This document shows positions 12,040 to 23,368 of a stretch of DNA of 64,000 bases, in pieces. Within the stretch, counting starts at the first letter, position 1, and every line of letters begins with the position of its first letter. The notes under the pieces are model-generated. The model had not been told where the DNA came from and made no database searches. It saw only the letters and a list, made by a program, of their open reading frames with translations. The translations under genes were made by a program, and so were the position numbers. This DNA comes from Blepharisma stoltei ATCC 30299 (Eukaryota > Protista > Ciliophora). The stretch is taken from positions 124,001 to 188,000 of the forward strand of contig CBFDEM010000020.1 in NCBI GenBank assembly GCA_965603825.1, given 5' to 3'.

Positions 12040-12408
12040 TTACTTATGGGATAAATTTTTATTCACACTCGTTTTTGTATTTTCGGCTAAAATCTGTCTG
12101 TTATGGCAAATTTTTATGCTATCGTTCGCAATTGGAATTATTTCTTCTTCGTTTTCGATGTCAAAACTGGTATCAAGCATTTTAGTGACCTTACTTTGGC
12201 CACTGTCTGTTATGCTTTTGTCATTATAATCATCGTCATTTTTATACTCTATATTAACAGTTAATCTTCTACTTCACGTGACTCTTTTTTTGTTTTTTTT
12301 TACAATTTTTCCTTTATTTTCTTTTAAAATATCAATATTTTTAATTGATTTTCTCTTGGGATTATTTTCTTTGTCTTTTCCACGAGGTTTGCTACAGGAA
12401 TCTCCCAT
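12040..12408 (-). CDS. Small hypothetical protein, N-terminal MG..C.S lipidation-like motif (missed by ORF track)
   Basis: MGDSCSKPRG...KKRVT-W(TGA)-SRR... to TAA at 12040-12042. Confidence 0.55.
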
Positions 12409-12440
12409 CTTAAAAATGACTATTATTCCACAGATAATTA

Positions 12441-13061
12441 TTATTTAAAGCCTAATTTTTTCTTCTTATAACTTTTAGAGCCATGCGATTTTTTGTGTTT
12501 TTTAGGTTTAGACTTCATGACCTGCTCCCACTTTTTTTTAGAAAATTTTAATTCATTGTCTTGCGCTAAAAGCTGCTCTACCAGAGGCTTCCTTCTTTTT
12601 TCTTTGTCAATTTTTTGGCTTTTTGGCTCATCTGGGGCACTAATTACCGTTCCAATTTGGAAAAACTTTGGAAGCTCTTTGATATCGTTCCTTTTATAAT
12701 GATGCTTTGGGTCTAAATGTCTTCTTAATCGAATGGCCTCAAGATCCTGGTGAATTTCTGGGGTCATTATTGGAGCTTTCATATTAAACCATTTCGGGCC
12801 AGCTGTGTCATCTTGTGTTTTCTTTTTCTTTTTAGGTGGAATAATTGGTGGGACCTTTAGCTTGAATTCTCCACCAGCATCATTAATTTTATATAAACTG
12901 CATTTGGCTTTAATAATGGCTTCAGCTTCTTTTGATCTGTGGCTTCCAGGCTCTCCATCTAAGCTTGGAAAAAGTGACGAGTTTTCCAATAACTTATCGA
13001 GTTCTTGATTTTCAAGCTTATTTGTAAGTGATGATTTGCCTTCTATTTCTTCGAAAAGCAT
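12441..13061 (-). CDS. FCF2: Fcf2/DNTTIP2-like pre-rRNA processing protein
   Basis: DTAGPKWFNMKAP..TPE..DL..IRLRRHLDPKHHYK..PKFFQIGTVI. Confidence 0.9.
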   Translation of the reverse strand: MLFEEIEGKSSLTNKLENQELDKLLENSSLFPSLDGEPGSHRSKEAEAIIKAKCSLYKINDAGGEFKLKVPPIIPPKKKKKTQDDTAGPKWFNMKAPIMTPEIHQDLEAIRLRRHLDPKHHYKRNDIKELPKFFQIGTVISAPDEPKSQKIDKEKRRKPLVEQLLAQDNELKFSKKKWEQVMKSKPKKHKKSHGSKSYKKKKLGFK

Positions 13062-13139
13062 ATTTATAAGATGGAATTAAAATTAAAAAATTGTTTAATA
13101 AGTTATTAAAATCTGATAATATAACGTATATTGTTTAAG

Positions 13140-14507
13140 ATGGAGTGTTGCAACCCAGAATGCTCAAACTTGTCGTCTGATACAATTGTTTGTAGGAATT
13201 GTTGTATGACGAGATATTGTTCTGAGGAATGCTTAAAGATAGATTGAGAATTAAATCATTCAAAACACTGCCAACCTCATGTGTATTCTTTAGAAGACCT
13301 GCAAATAGTATCAAATCATAATTCGTCAAAATTAGGGAGAGGGTCATATGGAGAAGTTAGGCTAATTTTTACAAAAAAAGGAGAAAAATTAGCTTTAAAA
13401 TCAATTAGCAAGAATTTAATAGAAACAAAAATTCCATTAAAAATTTTATATAGAGAAATATCAGTTCACAGATCATTATGTCATAGAAACATAATCAAAC
13501 TTTATGATCATTTAGAAGATTCTTCCAACATTTATTTAGTCTTAGAATATGCTGAGCATGGAAATTTATTTACACATATAAAAAGAAAAAAGAAACTAAC
13601 TGAACCAGAAGCATGAAATTTTTTTACCCAAGTCTGTATAGGAATTAACTATCTGCATGAGCAGCAAGTCATTCACAGAGACATAAAGCCTGAAAATATT
13701 TTATTAGGGATTGACAATCTAGTAAAAATTTGTGATTTCGGCTGATGTGCATGTGGAGCTGAAGAAAGATCCACCTTTTGTGGAACATTAGACTATATGG
13801 CCCCAGAAGTGCTAAACTTAGATCGGTATTCTTATGAAGTCGATATTTGGGCTTTAGGGATACTTTTATATGAGATGCTGCATGGGTATGCTCCTTTTAG
13901 AGCAAAAAGTGACAGGGCTAAATGCAAACTTATTTTAGATAAAACTTTTATTTTTGGCCCAGGAATTACAGATGAAGCTAAAAATTTGATAAGTAGCTTG
14001 CTAACTGATGCAAATTCTAGGCCGACAGTAAAAGACATTTTGAAGCATGATTGAATAAGGAAATATACTCATAATGCTATTGAGGAAGGATATTTGGTAA
14101 ATCATCCAGAATTTGGTGATGGGATTATTTCAGGTATTCGAGGATTGATATGTGAAGTAGAATTTGGAATTTTTTTAAAGGAATTTGTGATTAATGACTT
14201 AGTAGAGATATGCACAATTAAAGAATTTAAAGAACAAGAAGATTATAGAATTTCTGCTAGTGGAATTGGATTGCCGAAATCCGTGAAAGAAAATAAGGAT
14301 AAAATAGAAGAAAAAAAAGAAAATAAGAAGGAAGAGTATGAGAATTTAGAAATTTCAGATTCTGCTTTAGAAATGAAAATAAAAGAGTTAAATCAGCTGA
14401 AATTTATATTAGAAGCACCTATAATTAGACATAAAAAGAAAGCAGACTCAATGAATCAAAGTGTAATTGATAGCTTATTATCAAGTTTCAGCTGTGTAAA
14501 GAGGTAG
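13140..14507 (+). CDS. MYND zinc finger + Aurora-like Ser/Thr kinase + C-terminal Tudor-like segment
   Basis: ATG 13140 in frame; [27 protein letters not shown]; [30 protein letters not shown]; TGA at 13245, 13614, 13743, 14052. Confidence 0.9.
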
Positions 14508-14549
14508 TGTAAAATATTTAATAAATTTTTCATTTCAGAATTTAAAATT

Positions 14550-15788
14550 ATGATTACAACTAGAACAGAGTTATTAGAACAGAGAAGAAAAGAAAAAATT
14601 CCAGATGTCAGCTATGATATTGATGGAGATGGAAATGTAAGCCCATTAGACTATTTTGTTGCCAGGAGGCATGATAAGGACAAAGATGGGAAACTGACTT
14701 CTGAAGAAAGAATTATGGCAAAACAATTTTTTAAGACTGAACTTCATAAGTTTATACTTGATGGAGAAAATCATGGCCCTCACAGGCCAAATAGGCTACT
14801 ACAAATAAATGGAATCCCTATCTATCACGATGATTTTAGTGTTCTTCATCAAAACAATAATCTAAATACTGAAGATATCCAAAAAATCACACTCAAAACT
14901 GTCCAAGAGAAACGAAGAAAAGAAAAGAAAGACACTGCCAAAAATATTGCAGATACTAAAATCATACATAAAAATCCTTTTTTAATTTTTCCAAGAAATT
15001 CCTCAGGGATCAGTTATGTATCAAAAATTTCTATGCAAAAAAAACTAGAAAAAGAAACTGCTCGAGAAGTCCAAGGGCTCTCTAAAATACCAGATGCCCT
15101 CAATCCTAGAGTACTTTCAACAAATTATAATGAATTTCCAAAAATTCAATCAAAATCAGAGCTAGATGAGTTTAGAAAAACACAGGCTACAGAAATAGGA
15201 AATGGGTTTGGGAATAAACTGTTAAAAAAGACTTTAGAAAATGATGACAAATGGGCTGAAAAAGTCCCAGAAAATACAGGATTTCTGAATTTCAAGCAAA
15301 GGGTAGAAGAAATGAGGAAAAAAGATGTAGAACGCACAATTAAACTTTTTGAAAAAATAAAAAAGAGTGGGATCCATGATAATGATCTTCCTAAATTCCA
15401 AGAAAATTGCAAAAAATATTGAGAACGAAAGAGAAGCGCTACCCCAACTCCAAATATTTCAGTTCCAAGCAATCTTAATAGTGATCGGCAAAGTGAAAAC
15501 TCAATAAAAACTGAAAGAATTCCTTATCAAGAAGAAAAGACGCCAAAAAGATCAGTAACTCCAACCCCATTTCTAAAGCAAACCGAGTTCATCCCAAAAT
15601 TTAAAGAAAAATCTTCAGTACTAATTCCAGATCTTGATCTCAACCATCAAAAAAAATATAAATTCACTGAAACTTTTACAAACTTACAGCCAAGTCGTCC
15701 ACTGACTGATAGGGCAAAAGATTCATGCTCCTCAATTTCTCATAAGAACATAAAGATTTCACCAATAAGGACACGTGGATTTGTTTAA
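14550..15788 (+). CDS. EF-hand pair protein with long tail
   Basis: DIDGDGNVSPLD and DKDKDGKLTSEE loops; TGA at 15420 read through to TAA 15786-15788. Confidence 0.75.
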
Positions 15789-15824
15789 TAAAAATATAAA
15801 AATATCATTTAAATAATTTATTTA

Positions 15825-17303
15825 TTAATATCTTCCTGCTTTCATTTTTTGGTTCACAAAAGTAACGCTATTCACATTATGAGTTTGATATGACAGAAAC
15901 TCTTCATAATGGCTCTCAAGCTTCTCTTTGCTTAAAATTTTGCAAACAATTGGGAGCTCATAAACTACTTCAAATTCTAAAAATGGATGAAAAAATGCGA
16001 CAGTTTGATAAATATCTTCAATACTCATAATCCCAAGTGCTGCTGAAATAAAACCAGCATATAGCTCCTGCACAACTGAGGCACTTTCAAAATGTTGAGC
16101 TTCAGCATACTCCTCAAAGGCGTTTCTTTTTTCTTCGTCACTGTCAAGCTCATTTCCTGCAGGCTGCTGATCAACATAATCAGGCCCATCATAATAAAGC
16201 AGTGTATAATTAGTTTCATAGAAATATTTGCTTACCATTAAATATAACAGCCCAGCAGCCAAAAGTCTTGGGGAGTATTTCATAATATCGAAGTCCAGTA
16301 CAGCCACGTCTAAAATTTGTAAAATTTCTCGATATCTTAAATATGATTGATTATTTGGGTATTTAAATGCAATAAATCTTTTTTCGAAAAGCTCGTTTTG
16401 TTTTTTCTTTTCTTCTGGGGGTAGATTTTCAAAATCAGTGGTTCTGTTATAGTTCACACAGCCAAAATGATATTCTATAAATATATCCCATTGAGTTATT
16501 AGCCAATTTAACCAGTTGAAAACTGTTGCGGGGAATACTTTCCACTGAAGGATTTTCAAGATAAAATTCTCCATATATCGAATAGACTCAAGTGAGTAGC
16601 CATTATCACATGATCTGGCCCAGTCTTCTATTTTGGGTGGATAAACCTCTTCGATTTTTGCAGCTAAATTTAAGCAGCACATCCCAATCAGCTGAAATTC
16701 TTCTTTTTTTATATTTTGGTAGTTTGATAAAAATCGATCGACATAAGTCACTCCTAAATGGAAGGTTTCTCTTTTCAACGTAAATTCAGACGCAACTTCC
16801 ATCATCCAGTCATACAAAATCGTTCTCATGGTGCAACTAACGTTTTTTTGCATAGTCTGCAAACAGTAAGGATTCGGCATATACTCGAGCTCTTTTTCCA
16901 TCATGGAATTCAAATATTCTAAGTCTTTAGGCTTCCACAATGTAGAAGGAGAAACATCATATTCTTCTACTTCTAATGGCTCATAATCAGGAGGTGGAGG
17001 CTGGACATCACAGAATTCTTGAACAAAAGAAGACGATGATTTTTGTTTTTGATTAATTTTTTCAAGAGAATCAGCTTCAAAAGACGGCCTTATGGTTAGG
17101 TCATCAATATTTTCTTCACACTCAAATTTTACATGTGGAGAAGAATTGCCACTTGTTGATTTTGATGAAGTGTTATCTTCGATAACTTTTTCTTTAAGGT
17201 AATTCTTGGTAGGAGCATAAAGATTTTCTTTCATTCGGGAGGAGGATATAGGGGAGACTGCAGACTTGTGAGAGAGAGGTGTAAAACTTGAAAATTGATG
17301 CAT
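15825..17303 (-). CDS. Cyclin (A/E-like cyclin box)
   Basis: MRTILYDWMMEV..LKRETFHLGVTYVDRFL..FQLIG..LAAKIEEVYPP. Confidence 0.92.
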   Translation of the reverse strand: MHQFSSFTPLSHKSAVSPISSSRMKENLYAPTKNYLKEKVIEDNTSSKSTSGNSSPHVKFECEENIDDLTIRPSFEADSLEKINQKQKSSSSFVQEFCDVQPPPPDYEPLEVEEYDVSPSTLWKPKDLEYLNSMMEKELEYMPNPYCLQTMQKNVSCTMRTILYDWMMEVASEFTLKRETFHLGVTYVDRFLSNYQNIKKEEFQLIGMCCLNLAAKIEEVYPPKIEDWARSCDNGYSLESIRYMENFILKILQWKVFPATVFNWLNWLITQWDIFIEYHFGCVNYNRTTDFENLPPEEKKKQNELFEKRFIAFKYPNNQSYLRYREILQILDVAVLDFDIMKYSPRLLAAGLLYLMVSKYFYETNYTLLYYDGPDYVDQQPAGNELDSDEEKRNAFEEYAEAQHFESASVVQELYAGFISAALGIMSIEDIYQTVAFFHPFLEFEVVYELPIVCKILSKEKLESHYEEFLSYQTHNVNSVTFVNQKMKAGRY

Positions 17304-17737
17304 TTTTGTTTAGTTAAATATATTTGAACGTGACCAAACCCGCCATGAATTCTTGATTTATAGGTAAAGTGCGACTTTGTAGGTGCCATTTATGTGAAAG
17401 AAAATATTTTTGCACTTTAATGACGAGCAAAAGCTGAATTGAAAGGAATTAAATAGGAAAACGAAAGACATGGTTCAGAATCTTCACTTTTTTAAAACCC
17501 CTCCAACTGAAATTCTATCCTTAAGCTATACACATATTAAGAGGTACTTACAAATTTATGCCATTAGAATATCACTTTACTTGTAAAAATTACCATATTA
17601 TGCTTATAATTTGGGGAAAGTCACTAATTTAGTGCAATGATTTTATTATGTTCATGTTTTATTATTAAAATCTTAATTTTGTAAATATTGCCATTTATAT
17701 TAGCTTGGCATAGGATTCTATAAAATAATTTTCTTTT

Positions 17738-19021
17738 ATGGCTATGAGGAAAAAAATTCTTGGAGGAAAAAGCAAAAAACCATCTAAGCCAAATAGACCA
17801 CCATTAGATTCACAAAATCACAACAATCAAGACCCTAATAAACTAGCACAGCCTGAAGCTAATTCACTGAACCCTATTAAAAACGCTGAATCCAGTCGCT
17901 CTCTGCCTAAATCCGACAATAAGAAAAATCTTCCCATCAAGCAAATATTTTCTGACGCTAAAATCTGTCAATCAGAGTTTGTGTCATCTATACAAAGCTT
18001 TCCAAATAATTTACCTATTATTCCAAGTTTGGATGAAGGGCTTCCAGATATTGATAAAGAAATATCAATTCGTCAAAGTGTTTATCCTGAGCCTCAAGAA
18101 GAATTCCTTCCTGATATTGAACCTAAATATAACAATCCTCAAATCCTACCTAATCATTTTACCCTACAAGCAGATCTTCCAGATATTGATGGAGCACTAT
18201 CAAATCATAAGCCTGAAGAAGATTTTCTTCCTGATATTCGAAGCTCACATGTCGAGCCAGATCCATATGATAATCTTCCAGATATCAGCGCACCTCCATC
18301 TGTCACACCTGGCTTGTCTACAATCCCCAAGAATTCCTTTAAAACAATCCCATATACCCAACCTCAGCTAAATAATGATATTCAGCCTATTTTATCAGCC
18401 ATAAAAGAAATAGATGAAGATCTCCCAGATATCTCAAGCTGATCTACAGCTTATCAAACATCAAATAGAATCCCCCAAGAAGATTTAAACGAAGAAGACC
18501 TTCCAGACATTTCAAATTACACTCAGAGTTCAACAGAAGAAAGCCAAAAAAGTAATTTACAACAAAGCCTGCTAGGAAGCATTTATCAGTCTTGACAAAA
18601 ATCAATGATTGAAAGAAAAAAAGAAGCGTCTCCAAAAGAAAAAAAACCTAAAACCATTAAAATTCAGCTCCCAATAAGCATGAAATGTGCATATTGCGAA
18701 AATGATAGGTATGAGTCAGACTTTTTTCCTATGCATTATGGTGCTGAAAAAGAAATAATCTGTAAAATGTGCTGGAATACTAGTGCAATTGCAGCAGAAG
18801 GCGAAAAAATAGAGATTAAAAATAAATGCAGCACTTGTGAAGAGTGAAAACACAGGTATTTTGGAGACCAAGTATGCCCAAATAACTGTATTGTATGCCA
18901 GGATTGCCAGTATTCATATATATTTATTTGTAAAATTCGTGGGAAAAAAGAAGAAACATGTGTTTGCTGTGATAGAAAACTAGTAAAGAAAAGCCAGCCT
19001 TGGCACATAGTGGCAGCTTAA
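17738..19021 (+). CDS. Disordered protein with seven LPDI repeats and C-terminal Cys-rich zinc-binding region
   Basis: ORFs 17738-18442 and 18605-18847 join through TGAs to TAA 19019-19021; CAYC, CKMC, CSTC, CPNNC, CQDC, CVCC. Confidence 0.75.
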
Positions 19022-19279
19022 AATTATGATTTTTATTATAAAATGCTTTTATTAAATGTTATCAATTTTTTAATGAGGAATATCCTTTAAGTAGCTCTGA
19101 ATATAAGGACTTATCTAAACGCTAGCATATATAAGAAGTTAATCATGTCAAAATACCCTTCATTAATTCTCACTAATCTGCATAGTTATGACAAAATAAT
19201 GCATTTTCATAATTATGCAGATTAGTCTTACCCTAAAAATTTAAATTCTGCTTAGAAATGCTCAATGATTAGCTTAAAC

Positions 19280-20280
19280 TTATCATGGTTTTCTGGTATC
19301 TCTGTTATTAATTTGTACTTGCTTAGAGTCATTTCACACATTTCCAGACATCAGCCCAAGCATGCTTTTCAAGTCATTGGTAGCGCTTATATTCGTAACT
19401 TTATTGACTGCTGGTTTTTCTTGAGCTGCTTTTGACCACACCGCTGTCTGGAGTTTTTCAATTTCATCAATTGTTTTAGCTTGTGGTGGGACTTTTATAG
19501 GCGATTTTGGAGGGACTTTCGCATTATATCTGTTCATTGGGGTAAATGCTCCATTAATATCTTGCGAAATCTTCAGGTCTGGAGGAAAACAGCCACGTGC
19601 AGCCCAATTGAACATTTCAACCGAGCTAAATGGGCCTTGGGTTCTATTTTCTAGATCTTTATAATACCAGCTTTTTTCAAATGGCCTGGACATAGGGACA
19701 CAATAAACATTTTTATCATCCCCAATGCTCGCGAATTCTTCAACTACCTTTGCAAAAGGATTCCCAGCCTGCAAGTGATAGTTCAGCGTAACCGAATCAC
19801 ACAGCAAAAAAGGCTTCACCCCAGGCTTGGGCTCTTCTTTGACTACAACAGGTGCTTCTTCTTCAGGATCGTCCCACTCTGGCATGGTCTCATCATCAAT
19901 CAGTTCATTTTTCAGCTTTTTTTCCACCTCAGCGTCAATTTTTGAAAAAATTTCTTCTTCAAGCTCCAAATTTTCGAGTTTTTCTGTGACTTTGTTTTCT
20001 TGGGAATTTTCAGTGGGCTCAGGATCTTCATTGTACCACTCAGGGACTTGTTCGACCCGCCTTTCTCACGGAATTGGCTTTCGGCTATTTGGGTCTTCTA
20101 GTATCGGATGATAAAAGGCAGTTTTGGTGTTTTGCAAAGGTTGCAGAGGACTTACTGAAAATAAAGGAAGAAGTTCTTCTGTTAATGAAACAGAAAGGGG
20201 CTGGTCTTTGTAGGATTGCAGGATTTCTTCTCGGGTGTATTTATGTGTGGCTGGGTTTACACATTGTTTGGTTCTTCACG
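19280..20280 (-). CDS. GIGYF-like GYF-domain protein (start codon unresolved)
   Basis: WYYKDLENRTQGPFSSVEMFNWAARGCFPPDLKI (GYF), two PEW motifs, N-terminal KYTREEIL; ends TGA-TAA at 19280-19285. Confidence 0.8.
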
Positions 20281-20586
20281 CACCTTCTTTGGTTGAGTTT
20301 GGTGCGAATTTTCGATAATTTTGTTCTTCTGATATTTTATTAATATTAATGAAGGATGAGAAAATAATAATGAGAGGGCCATGAGAGAAAAAATATAGTA
20401 GATATGGTATAATATTAAGGATTCTATAGCTATGCATTGTGTGTCAGACCTTGACAGGCTCTTCTTTCTAGATTAATATAATGAATATAATTTTTTCACT
20501 TTTTCCATTAAGATATCATATAAGTAAGCTACTTATAAGGGAATTTTAAAACAAGGCGATTTTCAGTCAAATAATAATTCGCAATA

Positions 20587-21651
20587 ATGGCAAGTGAAAA
20601 GAACCTAAAAAAAGGAAGATTAGTCACATCAAAATTTTCGCAAGCAAAATTCAAGGTAGAGCTCCCCAAATTTATCTCAGAAATGGAGCTTGAAGATATC
20701 ATAGGGCAGCCTCCTAGCAACAGTAAATTAGAAATAAGCCAACTTACCCCAACTCCTCGAAGTTCAAGTTTAGCAGAAATTCGCAGAAGACCTAAAACCC
20801 CTTCTTCCAGTCAAGAAAATAAAAGTGTTAGGAATTTATTTAAAAGACGAGACGCACAAAAGCATATTAATGTTGTCCCCACAAGCATGACTCCTAGGCA
20901 GCACAGCACAGAATCATCGTTTATCCATCAAATTAAAGATTTAGCTTTAAAACTGAGCCAAGAAAGGCAGAAAAATGAAGAATTGGAAAGCCTGGTCAGA
21001 CTGATGGAAAGCAGACATAAATTTGAGCTGGATAATGCTAAAAAACGACATGAAAAATTATCGATGATAAATAAGAAGTTAATTGAGGATAAGGATGAGC
21101 TGGAAACAAGGTTAAATGAAGAGATACTGAAATTGAGAAGGGAAATTGAAGAAAATTGTGGAGCTTTTAATGAAGTTTTGAGGTGTAATAAAAGTTTGAT
21201 TGAAAATTTGATGATTGAAAGGACTGGAAGTGCTTTGTTTGCGAGGGATACGAATCTGATAATAACAGATGACATTATTGAAAAAATTGAAAAATATAAT
21301 GAGAAAATAGAAGAAATCTGTAAAATTAGCACAAAAATCGAGAAAGAAAATAACATAATTCAAATAAAAGCATTTGAAATGTCACCAACTACAGGAGAAA
21401 CAGAGCATGGGCTATTAAAAACCATAACATTTAGAAAAGAAACAAATTCTTTTAATTCTCCCTCAGACACTATAGGATCAAGACAAGCTACAGCACTATT
21501 TAATTTTACAGCAAAAGAGCCTGACGAGCTTAATTTTAATAAAAATGACCGTATTACAATAATTTCCCAGCATGAGGATGGCTGATGAATCGGAAAACTT
21601 GGTGAAAGCATTGGTAAATTTCCAGGTAGCCTTGTAATATTAGACACGTAA
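20587..21651 (+). CDS. Coiled-coil protein with C-terminal SH3 domain
   Basis: ATALFNFTAKEPDELNFNKNDRITII..EDG-W-W(TGA TGA)-IGK..GKFP. Confidence 0.9.
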
Positions 21652-21684
21652 ATATCTGATTTTTTTAACGGTTTAAAATAAATC

Positions 21685-22881
21685 ATGGCTAGGCCAACAA
21701 TAAGTCTCCCAGAGAATCATTTCTTATTTACATCTGAAAGTGTCAACGAAGGACACCCAGATAAGCTTTGCGATTTGATATCTGATTCTGTGGTAGATGC
21801 TTGTTTGGCCCAAGATCCTAGCTCCAAAGTAGCCTGCGAATCAACAGCAAAAACTAACTTTCTTATGATTTTAGGAGAAATCACTACCGGCGCCACAATT
21901 AACTATGAGCAAGTAATCCGTGACACCGCCCGAGAAGTCGGCTACACTTCAAGTGACATTGGTCTAGCTGCTGACACATGCAATGTTATGGTGAATATTG
22001 AATGTCAAAGCCCAGACATTGCCCAAGCTGTCCACTTAAACAAAGCCCCAGAAGACATCGGCGCAGGTGACCAAGGGCACATGTTTGGCTATGCTACCAA
22101 TGAAACTCCAGAATGCATGCCTCTGACCCACTTATTAGCCACCAAGATCGGCCGCAGACTTGCAGAAGCCAGAAAAACTGGTGTCCTCAGATGGGCCAGA
22201 CCTGACGCGAAGACCCAAGTCACCATTGAATACCGCAAAGAAGGCGGGAGGGTCATTCCAGTCCGAGTCCACACCATTGTGATTTCAACCCAGCACGACC
22301 CTGATGTTACAAATGAACAAATAAGGGCTGACTTGGTGGAGCACGTCATCAGAGTGGTAGTCCCAGCTGAATATTTAGATGACAAGACCATTTATCATCT
22401 GAACCCTAGTGGAAGATTCATCATTGGAGGACCACACGGTGATGCTGGGCTTACTGGGAGAAAAATTATTATTGATACCTACGGAGGCTGGGGTGCCCAT
22501 GGAGGTGGCGCTTTTTCAGGAAAAGACCCTTCAAAGGTAGACAGATCAGCTGCTTATGCAATGAGATGGGTCGCTAAAAGTTTGGTGAAGGCTGACCTTT
22601 GTGATAGATGCTTGGTACAAGTTTCTTATGCTATTGGTGTTGCGCAGCCTTTGTCAGTTTATGTTGACTCTTATGGAACTGTAAAGCATGGGAAGACTGA
22701 TAGAGATTTGCTGTACATCGTATTGAGGAACTTCGATTTAAGACCAGGCTGCATTATAAGAGACCTTAACCTTCTGAGACCGATCTATAAGAAGACAGCT
22801 GCTTATGGACACTTTGGAAGAGAAGACGACCCTGATTTCACCTGGGAAACCCCTAAAGATCTCTCTCACGAGCTTAACTAG
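21685..22881 (+). CDS. MAT: S-adenosylmethionine synthetase
   Basis: [28 protein letters not shown]; intact ORF. Confidence 0.98.
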   Translation: MARPTISLPENHFLFTSESVNEGHPDKLCDLISDSVVDACLAQDPSSKVACESTAKTNFLMILGEITTGATINYEQVIRDTAREVGYTSSDIGLAADTCNVMVNIECQSPDIAQAVHLNKAPEDIGAGDQGHMFGYATNETPECMPLTHLLATKIGRRLAEARKTGVLRWARPDAKTQVTIEYRKEGGRVIPVRVHTIVISTQHDPDVTNEQIRADLVEHVIRVVVPAEYLDDKTIYHLNPSGRFIIGGPHGDAGLTGRKIIIDTYGGWGAHGGGAFSGKDPSKVDRSAAYAMRWVAKSLVKADLCDRCLVQVSYAIGVAQPLSVYVDSYGTVKHGKTDRDLLYIVLRNFDLRPGCIIRDLNLLRPIYKKTAAYGHFGREDDPDFTWETPKDLSHELN

Positions 22882-22917
22882 ATAGATAACCTTTTCTTAA
22901 ATTTGAGGATATAAAAT

Positions 22918-23346
22918 ATGCATATATACGTGAGGTCCTTAGAGACTCTTCAATGCTATGAGTTTTCAGAGGAAACACGAGTAGAAGAAGTGATGGCCCA
23001 AAGCAACTGCGACAACTTGCAATGGGGTGGCCGTGCTTTAAGAGCAGAACTTACTCTTGCAGATTATGGCATCATGGACGAATGCACTTTAGAAGCCCTC
23101 TTAGCACTTGCAGGTGGTAAAAGGAAAAAGAAGAAAAAAGTCTATACAACCCCTAAGAAAAAGGCACATAAGAAAAAGAAAGTCAAGCTCGCAGTCCTTA
23201 ACATTTACAAAGTCGATAAAAGTGAAAAAGTAACCAGAACCAAGCGTGCATGTGAAAAATGTGGAGCAGGAACCTTCATGGCAAAGCACTTCAACAGACA
23301 CTACTGTGGTAAATGCCACGCAACTCAGCTATTCTCACAAGCTTAA
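22918..23346 (+). CDS. RPS27A: Ubiquitin-like leader fused to ribosomal protein eS31 (S27a)
   Basis: [46 protein letters not shown] after a LALAGG junction. Confidence 0.93.
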   Translation: MHIYVRSLETLQCYEFSEETRVEEVMAQSNCDNLQWGGRALRAELTLADYGIMDECTLEALLALAGGKRKKKKKVYTTPKKKAHKKKKVKLAVLNIYKVDKSEKVTRTKRACEKCGAGTFMAKHFNRHYCGKCHATQLFSQA

Positions 23347-23368
23347 TAAGGTTAACCCATTAGTTAAG

